Assembly: GCA_043228905.1 (NCBI GenBank) | Contig: JBHGNT010000016.1 | Coordinates: forward strand, 9,424,001 to 9,488,000 | Direction: 5' to 3' | DNA length: 64,000 bases | Origin: Azolla caroliniana | Lineage: Eukaryota; Plantae; Polypodiophyta | Part shown: positions 25,965 to 38,300 of the stretch, one piece after another | Numbering within the stretch: the stretch's first letter is position 1 | How the letters are laid out: every line of letters starts with the position of its first letter | Notes under the pieces: model-generated | What the model was told of the DNA's origin: nothing | Seen by the model: the letters and a program-made list of their open reading frames with translations, nothing else | Databases searched by the model: none | Made by a program: the position numbers and the translations under genes

Positions 25965-28570
25965 TGAAAAAGTTAATATGCGGAAGCTTGTAGACAAACC
26001 GGCTCAACTAGATAACAACAGTAAAATAGAGATGAAGGTTTAATGGAAGCTTAAGAATACACTATACACGGGAGAGATAGAGAGTAGAACAATGAAAACT
26101 CAATTCAAAATAATAACACTTTGTACATACAAATGTCCTACAAAACACTTTTTATACAAGTCCTTTAAAGGACTGATAGAAGTACTAACATGTACTTCAA
26201 TGCTCATATGAGCGATTGACACCAACTCCAAGGAATATGCCTACGTACTAGGCTTGGATCATAGGCTCCAACGGCCTACCGGTTCTCACTATTTCGGAGT
26301 ATGATCCGGTTCTCCGGTCCAACTCTAGGTTTTGGATACTGATTTGGTTCTCCCCTCCGGATATCGATCTGGTTCTCCCCTCCGGATATCGATCCGGCTC
26401 TGGCTTATTTAGCCGATTCAGATTTGATTGAGCTTGAGGTTGGATCGATATGTGTGTCTACCGGCCCTTTCATCCGCCTCCTCCTGGCATCTTCTTGCCT
26501 GGCTTGTGCTCTTGGTCTGATCTGGTTCCTCTTCCCATGACTCATCTCGTTCTGCGCACCTCGACCTTCTCGGTCGGTTTGTCAGTTCCCTAGCCCTTGT
26601 TAGCTCCCTTGCTGTCGTGGTCCTAGCGCTTCTCGACCCGCTTGGCCAATCGATTCGACTCCCTTGAATCGAACAGTCCGATTGAATCGACTATTTCCGA
26701 TTCACTTCGAATCATGATCGAATCGGCTGTCTCCGATTCGTTCCCGCTCTTGTTCGAATTGGCTGTCTCCAATTCGTCTTCAACCTTCAGGCCCTTCAAC
26801 ATGTCGGACCATGTCTGGGTCTTGGCCTTTTTCCTCCGACTAACTCTACCGCGGTCACCGCTTGTTCCGACTTCCTCAGTCGACTCGACACCCTTTTTCT
26901 TCTTGTCTCCCCATGCTTCAGTTGTTTCCTTCTCTTCGGGTGTTTTTCTAGTTTCTGTTTCGGTTCTCTCCGTACCAGTACTAGTTCTCCCCCTCAAGTG
27001 AGGCATGTTGAGATGCTGAAGACCAAGCATCTCTGAAACTGTTGCAACTTGTCAGTTCCAAGGGCCTTGGTGAAGATGTCGGCAACTTGTCGATTCGTCT
27101 GGACATACCAGAGTTCGAGTTCACCGCTCAGGACCCGCTCGTGCTCAAAGTGATAATGCACTTCTATGTGCTTTGTCTGAGCATGGAACATGGGGTTCTT
27201 GGCCAGCTGCATGCTACTGATGTTGTCGTAGTAAATAGAGATTGGAGTTGGTACATCGATCTGGAGGTCGTGCAACAGCCACCGAAGCTAAATGGCTTCA
27301 CAAGTCATGACGGTGGCTCCTTTGTACTCAGCCTCAGTGCTCAACAAAGCCATTATCAGCTACTTCTTGTTGCTCCACGCAACAATCGCGCTCTCGAGAG
27401 AAAACAAGAAGCTGTATGTTGATTAACGATTTGACGCATCACCATCCCAATCAACATCTATATAACGGACTAACTTTCCAGTTATACTGTGTTGGTACAA
27501 TAGTCCCCGATCCTTAGTGTCGATCACATATAGAAGTAGATGATGCACGCACTGAAGGTGCTCGACGGTTCGTCGCTGGATGAATTGACTTATCACCTTG
27601 ATCGGATAGCTGATGTCGAGTCGGGTGATACTAAGATATATCCAACTTCCAACAACTACCTAACTTCTCGTTGTAGGCCATTTCTGGTTGCAGGCCGGTT
27701 GTCAGAACTGTTTCTCGTTGCAGGCTAGTTCGGAGTCGAGTCGTAGCTTCTAATTTCGGTCAAGGGGTGTTGAGACCGGCCGACAATTGGTCATGCCAAA
27801 CTTGTACAACATATTCATCACATAATGTTGCAAAGATAAGAATATGCTGTCGGGGGTGTGGATCACTTTGATCTCGAGGAAGTAGTGAAGGTCCCCAAGG
27901 TCCTTCATCTCAAATGATGCCACAAGTTGAGACTTAATACGACTGATTTCCTCTTGGTCGGGGCCGCTGATGACTAAATCATCAACATAAAGTAAAAGAC
28001 TTACCGGCCTGTTCTGACCTTGCCGGATGAAGAGTGAAGAGTCCGACTTGGATGTAGCAAACCCCATCCGACGCAAGCGCTACTTGATCTTCGCGTGGCA
28101 TGCACGCGGGGCTTGCGTTAATACGTAAACAAACTTGCTTAGTCGGCATACAACCGACGTATTCATTCGGGACTGAAATCCAGGTGGCTGCACCATGTAG
28201 ACCTGTTTCTCAAGTTCTCCCTATAGGAATGCGTTTTCACATCCATCTGGTGCAAATGCCAACCCTTCGGCGCAACGACCACAATCAAGACACAAATGGT
28301 CGTCATCTTCGCGACTTGCGTGAACGTCTGATCGTAATCAATGCCGTGTTGCTGTGCATAGCCCTTGGCCACTAATCGGGCCTTCGGCATTGTACTTGAT
28401 CTTGTACACCCACCTGCATCTGATTGGCTTCATGCCCTTGGGGGCGTCAACTAGGTCCCGCGTCTCATTCTCCGTTAGCGCTCGCATTTCTTCCTCCATT
28501 GTGGCACGACAATTTGCATCTTCTGTCGCTTTTGCGTAGCTCTCTAGCTCACACACTTCCACCACCATTG
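25965..28570 (-). mobile_element. Degenerate Ty1/copia family A: RT, RNase H, C-terminal extension, 3' LTR
   Basis: [23 protein letters not shown] and KHIEVHYHF motifs. 3' LTR ~25965-26430 is homologous to 63177-63460. Confidence 0.9.
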
Positions 28571-28790
28571 TGTTGAGCGCACAAGATCAACATGATCCAG
28601 ATCGGCTGAGTAAGCTAGAGCCGGATCGGCATCCGAAACGAAGAAGTAGATCGATATCCGGCATGGTGTTCGGATCGGCATCCGGAACCAAGAGTCAGAT
28701 CGGTGAGCCAAACTCGAGAGCAAGATCAGAGAGTCCTGAAGAGAAACGCTCGGAATATTGCTCGGCCACAACCGAGTCTTGAATCACTTC
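28571..28790 (+). mobile_element. Partial family-A LTR inserted in the preceding element
   Basis: Starts TGTTGAGCGCACAAGATCAAC, like 63177 TGTTGAGCGAGCAAGCTCAAC. Confidence 0.7.
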
Positions 28791-28792
28791 CA

Positions 28793-30275
28793 TGAGAATG
28801 AAAGACAGAAATGGGAAATGGAGAGTACACAAGGAAATACACAGGATGTTTATGTGGAAAACCCTAAGTGGGAAAAACCACGGGAGCCCACAGACTCCAA
28901 CTAACACTATAGGAGAAAGGTACAATCAGAGCCTCAAAGGCAATGACCTCGAGCTTTGTATCTTCGCCAACTGGCAATTACAACAGAGTATCACTCTGTA
29001 TCTCACACACACTCTCTCTATCGCTCTCTGTACAACAGTTACAACAATATGACAACATACAATACCTAAAGTGATTGCCCTAAGTCATATTTATACTTAT
29101 ATGAACTTAGGGCTATTTACAAATATGGCCTCAATAGGCTTACTCAAAACATATTTACAAATATGTCTTCTCTTCTGGTTCTCACCGGGTCCTCTTCATT
29201 CATCACCGGATCCCATCCGGAGGGATCGATTTCCCAACAATCTCCCCCTTCACTCTGGCATGAGATATCTCGCCAACCCGATCCTCTTTCGACACGCATC
29301 CAGCTTGTCGATTGTCAGCACCTTGGTCAGCATGTCCGACCCGTTCTCCTCCGCGTGGATCTTCGTCAGCACGAACTCTTGATCTTCTACTCTCTCCCGA
29401 GTCTAGTGGTACCTTCGCTGGATATGTTTCATCCGGGAATGGTACGCCGTGTTCTTTGCAAGGTGGATGGCACTTTTATTGTCGTAGTAGAGCCGATATT
29501 TCTCCAGTTGGATTCCTAACTCTCTGATGAAGTCCTTCATCTAGATTATCTCCTTGCCGGCTTCTACAACTGCCATGTACTCTGCCTCTGTGGTTGACAA
29601 CACAACCATCTTCTGCAGCCTTGATTGCCATGAAACAGTTCCCCTTGCATAAGTCATGACATATCCGGATGTAGACAGGCTGGTATCCGCATCAGCCGAC
29701 ATATCCGAATCCGTGAATCCGTCATGTTGCGGATTACCGGAGCCGAACTAGAGACACATACTCGAGGTGCCTTTTAGATACCAGAGTATCCACTTGACCG
29801 CATTCTAGTGCTCTCTTCTGGGATTGCTCATGAACCAACTCACCACTCCGACTGCATATCCGATATTCGACTGGGTACATACAATCGCGTACATCAAGCT
29901 TCTGACGGCAGCGGCATATGGAATCTTCATCATATCCGTCTTCTCTGCCTTTGTCCTCAGACTTTATTTTCCGGATAGCTTGCAGTTTGCCGGAAGTGTC
30001 GATCCAACCGGCTTCGGCTTCGGCTTCGACATGTTGAACCGTTGTAGCACTTTTGTCATGTACTTCTCCTATGACAACGACAACTTCTTTGAACGGTCCT
30101 GGATGATATGCATTCCCAATATCTGTCTTGCCGAACCCAATTCTTTCATTGAGAAGGTCTGGTTCAGAGCCTTCTTCAACATCCAAATCTTGCCTTGGTC
30201 TCGTCCGACGATCAACATATCATCCATATATAGGAGGAGTATTAGGAACTCTCCTCCATCTCTTGTCTGCCAAAA
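28793..30275 (-). mobile_element. Ty1/copia family B: RT/RNase H end, PPT and 3' LTR
   Basis: LLLYMDDMLIVG, MKELGSARQILGM. PPT GAAGGGGGAGAT (- strand, ~29240-29252) then TGTTGGG. LTR ~28793-29239. Confidence 0.85.
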
Positions 30276-30276
30276 T

Positions 30277-33200
30277 AGTAACCGACGGACAAGAGCGCAG
30301 TAATATAGAATAGAGTAATATTGTAACGCATGTAAACAGTTCACGCGGGAAGTGTGAACGGCTAAAAGACCCTGCATATATAAAGGGCAGAAAACCTCTG
30401 ATAGAGGTAGCGTGTAATTTTGAATGTAAAAGGCGTATTTTAATAGAGTTCTATCTTCTCTGATTCCTGTGCGTATCTGTGGTTAATCTACTGTGTGTCT
30501 GTGATTCTTGGGTGGCGTAGCGCAATCATAAGAGTGTAGGCGTGAGTAACAGTGTGGTTGCTAGTCCACTCTCTAAGGAGTTCGGTTGTAGCCATCTCCC
30601 TTATACGCTACTAGGATACGGGAGGTATCCCACTAAGTATTACGCTACGACGATACCATTCGTTGCAACATAGTCACTCTGAGGGCTAGGTCGAATGACT
30701 GACCGTAGACCGTGTTCCTAATCGGTAACACTTTTGGCACACTTGGTGATCTGTGTCTTCTCACAGATGAACAACGATGAATGAATGTTTAGCCGTAGAC
30801 GCCCTAGAGAACCAACACGACAAGACCGACCAATCACAAGGTCCATTACACGCCAGGCAGAGGAACGCGCACGACAAAAGCCTTGCCTCAGTGACCACAG
30901 TGATACCTGTCGGGACCACAAAGACGATTTCTCGCTTCCCAAATACCTCGGCGATACGTAGGAAGCGCGCTCACCACAAAAGCATTGTGGTCCTTCCCTA
31001 CTCGCCATAGCATCCAGCATGGCCTTTGCTTATCCCCGCTTCAACGGCGAAACCAACGCCGCAACCCACATCCGACTGTTGCTCAATGTCTGGAATGCAA
31101 ACCACATGGCGTAGAGCCTTTCCGAAGCAGTAGCGCACCAGTCCAAAATGATGGAGTTCGGATTAACATTGGATGGGAGAGCGGCATTTTTGCATTTGCA
31201 GATGGATCTGCCAGCAATGACGACCTTCGACCATCTGCAGTCAGCCTTTCTACGGTTTTTTCATCGGAGGGTGCCGCAACGCGAAATCCTCGGGTAGTTT
31301 TACACAATTAAACAGTTGCCGACCGAGACGGTAGCGGATTTCAGTTTACGCTTCCAAAATCTACGACGGAAATTAGAATGGGGCCCGATGGAGGACGAAA
31401 CAAGGGAGACATTTCTGGCAGCATTACGACGACCCATACGGACAACGCTCAACAACAATAGCGAGAAAGGGGAAACAACTGATATGGTCATAGAAAGAGC
31501 ACTACAACTCGATCTGGACGAAGAAGAGGAAAGGTTTTCCATGTCCTCATTATGACAAGCGTTACCTCAGGACAAGGAACGACATTTTCGCCAAGCGATC
31601 CAGTGCACGATTTGCTTGAATTCGGGGCATTCCGTAGTTGAATGCAACATGCGAATCCACTGTCCAATCTGTCACTCGAAAGCTCATATAGTTGAGCAGT
31701 GCAAGTTAAATATGTTTAACAGATCCACGCCACATTACGCAATGTGGAAAACACAGCGTCCCCCACGCCGTAATGAACAAAGGTGGCAAGAAGAACAACC
31801 AGAGTATATGGATTGGAACCCACGTGATGATCGGCACCTCCGGAATTGCCGGAATCAAAACGATTCCGAGGAAGACGAGCTGGAGGATGAAGACTACCAT
31901 GGCAACCACAGAAGTATAAAGGGGGTCGGCGCTATGAGAATTACCGTCCGATGAACAAACGCGGCGGCTTCAATGGGCCTCGCGGAAAGCATTGTCAGTA
32001 TTGGGACCAACGGTGGTACGACGAAAGTTTAGACGATGACCAGCAGCAGGAACTATGCCGGGACCAACACCAACCACCGCGTATGCTCTGAAGAATGAAT
32101 CAGGACCGGGAGGAGCAAGTCACACTTGGGTATCGGCACACACCACCAGGGGCCGAGAAGGGTGAATCTACAATCCATTCTTTTGTTTGTCAACAACTCG
32201 GACATTATGCCACACAATGCCTAGTACGCAAGGGCAAGGGGCCCGCCATTAATACGATTACGGCAGAAGTACAACAAGTCACGACACGTCAGCAAACAAA
32301 AAATACTGATTGGGCCGCGCAAGATGAGATACGGTAGACAACCCAAGCATGGGTTGAAAAAGCAAACATGGCAAATACGGAACGCATGCAGAAGGAGTCC
32401 GCAAACACGGTGGAACTATTGGAGGAAGAAGCAAATAGGGTGGCAAGCATTGACAGGCTACGAGATAACGTTAACCATGGAGAAACTATTGCAACTAGTC
32501 CCATGATTCCGCCAGGCTGTGGAAGAGCGGATGACGGGCAGACCTGGGGTAAGCGTAGCCGCGGATTTTACGAACATTAGTGCCGGACCAACAATGGTGG
32601 ATCACCACAATCCGGCTATTAAGTTGATACTACACAGTCAGGAAATCCCAGGATGCGTAATCAATGGTGGCTCGAGCGTTAATGTAATTACTGTGAAGAC
32701 GTGCGAACAATTGGGAATTTCAGAATGGGAAGCTTGCTCGTTTTGGCTTCGCATGGCGGATACCCGCTTAGTACGACCATTGGGTTTGATACGCAAGGTA
32801 GGCATTATCGTGGGAGGACATCGCTTTGACATCTCGGCGGTAGTCCTCGCCCTTGACGCCCCAGGAGCGTATCCTATGTTGCTGGGCAGACCGTGGCTTC
32901 GTTCAACGAATATCAAGCAGAGTTGGCAACACAAGTGTATTAGCTTTCGACGTGGACGCACCAAGGTCCGCGTACCAACAGAGGAAATGGCGGCACAACC
33001 CAAGGGAATAACACCATTGTATGCGGAGGATATAAATATGCTAGTTGGGGTGGATGGTACAGAATTAGAGGTATACCTATACGAGCACCCTCGGATTATT
33101 CTGCTGTTCGAAATCAATGTCATCGAAACCGCAGTGGAATATGCCACGCCCGCTACACTCCACGAAGAGGCTTACGAAACAAACCCGGAGTCAATATTAG

Positions 33201-34045
33201 AACGAAGCAGAGCACAGGCAGTGTTCGAGAGGGAAATGGAAATTTCACGGCGAGTCATTGCCTCAGCCCTGGAAGAAGGAAACGTGGGTACGACGTTAGA
33301 ACCCTGATTCCTCTCCATCACAAAAGAATTACTGCCGGATCAGAGAGACGCGATGATAGCACTATTCAGGAAGTATAAAGATGTGTTCGCCTGGGCCCAC
33401 GAGGACATGAAGGGGTTAGATCCGAAGTTCTATCAACATAAGATCAATCTAGCAATCGATACGAAATCGGAAATTGAACGTCGTAACCATTACGGACGCA
33501 TTCCCTTTACCATTCACCGATAGCGTACTGGACGCCGTTGCGGGGCATGACATGTACAAGTTTTTAGATGGCTTCAGTGGGTACAACCCGACGACCAAGA
33601 GAAGACGATGTTTGTCACGAACTGGGGAGTCTATGTCGTAGTCGTCGTGATGTTCGGGCTAAAGACGGCGCCGACGACATTTCAACGGACAATCACGGAG
33701 ATTTTTGGGGAATATATTCTGGCCTTCATGCAAATTTTTTTAGACGATTTTGTAGTATATGGGACAACAACCGACCATTTTACGCATCTGCAGCTTTGCA
33801 TAGAGTGTTGCCGAACCGCACGCTTAAGCCTGAATCCCGACAAATGCGCCTTTGGCATTACCAGCGGGGCTCTCCTTGGCCATATAGTCAGCAAGGAAGG
33901 GATAGCGGTCGATCCGAATAAAATCTCCCCGACTCATGTGAAAATGCCGACAAACACGAAATCACTCAGCCGGTTTTTCGGGCAAATACGATGGCACAGT
34001 CGGATGATACGCTATTTGGCGGACTTCGCCATGCCATTACATGCC
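30277..34045 (+). mobile_element. Truncated Ty3/gypsy element: 5' LTR, gag, protease, RT
   Basis: LTR ~30277-30730 (GTAACCGA..TCGGTAACA), degenerate TGGCAC.. PBS-like site. Gag with CCHC motifs, protease CVINGGSSVNVI..MLLGRPWL, RT FLDGFSGYN, FGLKTAPTTFQR, FLDDF, LLGHIVS. Confidence 0.88.
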
Positions 34046-34252
34046 TGACAAGACAAACAACAAGAACACGAAGACAACAAACACGAAGTCGGTTACAACC
34101 GAACAGGCCGGCGAACAGATGCCGATACCTGCTCGTAAACGCACAGAGGGGAAAGAGTAGGTTGGAGGTGCTGCCGGAAGCACTCGGGCATTCCTCAGAG
34201 CAGCGCGAGCCTCCCGAAACCTGCACAGAAGGAAGCTATGACGTTTTTAACA

Positions 34253-34289
<37 letters not shown>

Positions 34290-34858
34290 CCTTCGCACGC
34301 AAACCGACAACACTTCGTCCTCGACTCTCCGCGATCCCTCTACCCTCCTCGTCTCCCTCCTTTTATAGGCAAGGAAGGAGCCGTTTCCCCTTTACTCCCT
34401 ACCTACCGAATCTACCTAGGATCTCCTATGTACAACTTAAGGCGCACGTGCATGAAGAGTCGGTTTCTACGCTCCGGTACACCGATTCCGCTTGTGGACG
34501 GTTTTCTTCACGACAACGGTAGTCATCAGACGACGACAGCAACAATCGACAACAAATAGCGGCTGCAGACAACGCCGACAATAAACGGCGCAGACGGCGA
34601 CGGTTGCAGACGGTAGCAGACGGCGATGACAGTACACAGCGGTAGTCATCAGACGACGACAGCAACAGTCGGCAGCAGACAGTGGCTGCAGGCGACGGCG
34701 ACGGCGACGACGATGACAATAAACGGCGACAGCAACAGCGGAAAGAGCCATTACACAAAGAGCGAGAGAGAAGTAGGGGAAGAGAGAGAGAGAGAGAAGA
34801 GAAGTCGTCGGTTGAATAGTGAAGAGTTCGACTTCGACATAGCAAAGTCCATCTAACA
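34046..34858 (-). mobile_element. Composite LTR sequence (type-X gypsy LTR part plus a GAC-repeat LTR part)
   Basis: 34200-34400 resembles 42940-43090 and the reverse complement of 44170-44330. (AG)n and GAC-rich repeats. Ends ..CCATCTAACA directly before copia RT. Confidence 0.55.
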
Positions 34859-35378
34859 CAAACATTGCATGATCTTTGCATTCCAAGCACGTGGGGCTTG
34901 CTTTAGTCCGTATAGGGACTTCTTCAGTCGGTAGACGGTCGACGTGTTCAATTCAGATAGAAATCCGGGAGGTTGCACTATATACACTTGTTCCTCAAGC
35001 CCTCCTTGTCGCAATGCGCTCTTGACATCCATCTGGTGCAGATGCCATCCCTTTGCCGCGGCTACCGCTAGCAAGACATGGATGGTCGTCATCCTCGTGA
35101 CCGACGTCGTAGCCCTTGGCAACTAGTCGGGCCTTGTATCGATTCTATTTAGTAATGAATAATACTATTTCCAAGTATCAGTTGAAATCGAATTCCACTT
35201 CTCAAGTTGGTGACAAGTTGATGTATCTCACGCATACGCGACATGGGCATCCTGCTCGGATGTGTCGAACCGGAGTTGTCGGTGTTGTACTTAACTTCAT
35301 ATACCCACCGGCACCTTATCGACTTTACACCCTTGGGGGCATCAACCAGGTCTCGTGTCTCATTTGCCGCTAACGCAC

Positions 35379-38300
35379 TATTGCGATATTCTGCGTGGAT
35401 CTGTTGAAACAAGGCGGAACCACAAGGGTCTCAGACCAAGTAGCCGGTGGGAGTAGGAAGTTCTTCCGGATATATTCGAAGGATCGGTTAACGGTCACGT
35501 ACCCATTACTGGACGCCGGATAGTGAGTGCACCTTTTCTCCTCGTAGCCGGAATTCCCCATGACATCCACACCCACCAAATCGCACATCCTCCGGCATGT
35601 GCCATGTAGGGAAGTGGTGTGGATTCCGGCTCGGTCTTTACTCATCCTTTCGCAATCCATCGTCGATCTGGTCCTTGTCCATGGTTCTGGCCTCATCCTC
35701 CAGATCCGAATCTGGCTCGGCTTCATGACGCTTCTTGAAGGCCTTTATCCGTTTTTCGGCAACCGGTGGTGCTATCCTCGTCCCGTCTAGCTCCACAAGA
35801 TGGTAGGCCGCATTGTCGTTCGTGCTCGTCACCATGTAAGGCCCAAACCATCGCCTCGTGAAATGTCAGGTCGACCGGTGCATGTGTCGTAGAACACCAC
35901 CCAATCGCCTTCGTCAATCTTCTTCGACCGAAGTCGGTGTGTCCTATAGAACCAACTCTTGCTCTTTTTCTGCGCTTCCTCCACTCTTGTCGTCGCTCGC
36001 TCAATGTCTTCTGGTTTCCATTCAAGTTGTTCGATCCTCATTTTCAACAACTTCTCTCGACTCATCCCCTCTGTCCAATCAGTCGCCAACCAGAAAGAGA
36101 TGGTCTATTCCACCGACACAATCAGCTTCTGCCCGAACCTGAGTTGGGCTGGCATGTAACCGGTCACGAAACTGTGCATAGTCCAGTCGTCCCATAAGGC
36201 ATAGGGTAGGAGCCTCAGCCAATTGCCGACCCATCCATCACACGCTCGTACTAATGCTTTCACGATTAGCCCATGCCCATCTTGACCTTTCCGTTCGGCT
36301 CTAGATTGTACGCCATTGTGAGGGAAATCTTGAACCCTAGCCGGTCAAATACCTCCTCAACTTCTGGTGCATCCAACTCCCCTCGATCGGCTATAATCTT
36401 TCCCATGCACCCGTACTGGCAAATCACATCCTCGATTAGGAACCGATGAACCGCGGCAGTCATCTTGTTCGTTAAGGCCCAACCCTCCACCTAGTTCGTC
36501 AGATCTTCTCTTGCAAGCACTAGGTACCGCATTTGTCCTACCCCCATCGGCATCGTCACTAAATCAACCATCCACTTGAAATGAATGGTTGGCTGGTAGA
36601 TCGGGTGCAACTCGTCGCGGTGCCGGATCTTGGAATGCATTTGACAACTTTCGCATGTCGTCACGAAGTGATGCATGTCGCAATACATCCTTGGCCACCA
36701 GTACTTCTCCTTCAGCTTCATTCACGTTCTCCGGTGTCCGAACCAAGGGTTTTTGTGAAATTCTGACAGAAGCACTGTCTGCGCTTCTTTCTTCGTCACC
36801 ATGCGGAATGGTGTGCCGGTTTGTCTCTTCCAGTGCTTCTATTTCTTACCATTCCGGAGATGTGTCGAATCTCTAGATTCACGGACTTGATGTACATAAT
36901 CCACCTAAGCATTGCCAGGTCCAGAGTCACGCATCCGGAAACCATGCCGAGAATCGGTAGGCCGTCCATCTAGATTATCACTTATGTCCCGAGTAAGTAG
37001 TCTTTGTCGGCCTTGACTGCTAAAATGATACCCCAAAGTTCGTATTTAGCTTGGGCATATCCTTGGTTGCCGCTCGTTGAGCACCTTCGCACCAAACCGG
37101 ATGGGGAACCGTGCGCCATCTTCGTCTTCCTGATTAATCAACCATCCAATTCTGGTTGGACTTGTGTCCACAGTCATGTAAAACCGGAGTGTTCACCCTG
37201 TACATGAGTTTCCGGAGAGCTGGGGCCACCGTCAGCATCTCCATCAGTCTCCGAATTGCCTCCGTGTGCTCATCGCTCCATTCGAATTTCTGGCCTTTCT
37301 ACAACAAGCCATAGAGCGGCTCAGCAATGTGCGCTTAATGTGGGATCCATATATGGTAGAAGGCGCACACTCCCAGAAACCATCGTACTTGCGTGACCGA
37401 CCTACACTCTTCCTTCATCGTCGAGATGGCCTGTACTTCTGTTGGAGGGGATCTCCGAATGTCCGAAAGTCGACTTCTCCCTAGAGAAGGTAAGTCAAGC
37501 GCCTTCAAGCCTCAAGCCTCTGGAGATGTGGTCCGCCATAAATTTCCGGCATCCATGCTCTCCGATCGACTCGTCCTTTCCGTCCTCCGGGTATCCCTTG
37601 ATCGGGATGTCATCCAAAAACGGCATGGTGATCTCCATGATGCAATTCCTCAGCACTTTAGTCATTGCATTCACCATGTGTGCCACCAAATTTGTCCCTC
37701 CTTGCAGCAAGGTGCACTTCCGAACTAGGCCGATAGTGGTTCGCATCGTCATGATATCTCAACTCTCCACAGCTAGCTGGAATTTGTCATACCTAGAGTA
37801 TAAATCACCGACTGAGTATGTTGACCTTCTGGCGAAGGCTTCTGCGAACTCGTCACCTGTTGGGTTCATCCTGCATTCCGAATGGTCACTTTATTGACAA
37901 GTTGTAGTTCTTGGATAAAGCGCAGTGTGTCATTCTTCTTCGGCACCGTACACCACCAATTCGAATAAGGGGCACTCGACGGTTCGCGGATACCCATCTT
38001 GACAGGTTGTTGGGTTCATCCTGCATTCCGAATGGTCACTTTAATGACAAGTTATAGGTCTTGGATAAAGCACAGTGCGTCGTTCTTCTTCGGCACCGTA
38101 AACCACCGATTCGAATAAGGGGCACTCGATGGTTCGAGGATACCCATCTTGACCTTCTGCTTGAGCAACTCCATCAGCATCGGGATGTAAGCTCTGGGTA
38201 CTGGAACTGGCTTGAGACTCCTTGGTACATGTGGAACTGGCTTGAGACTCCATTTGCTCTACGATCATCAAGTCGACGCACCTGATCTGCCCCGGAGAGA

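Noticed and set aside
34426-34890. Cys/Arg/Ser-rich ORFs of 139-154 aa
   Set aside because: They are translations of GAC/GGC triplet-like repeats in LTR sequence.
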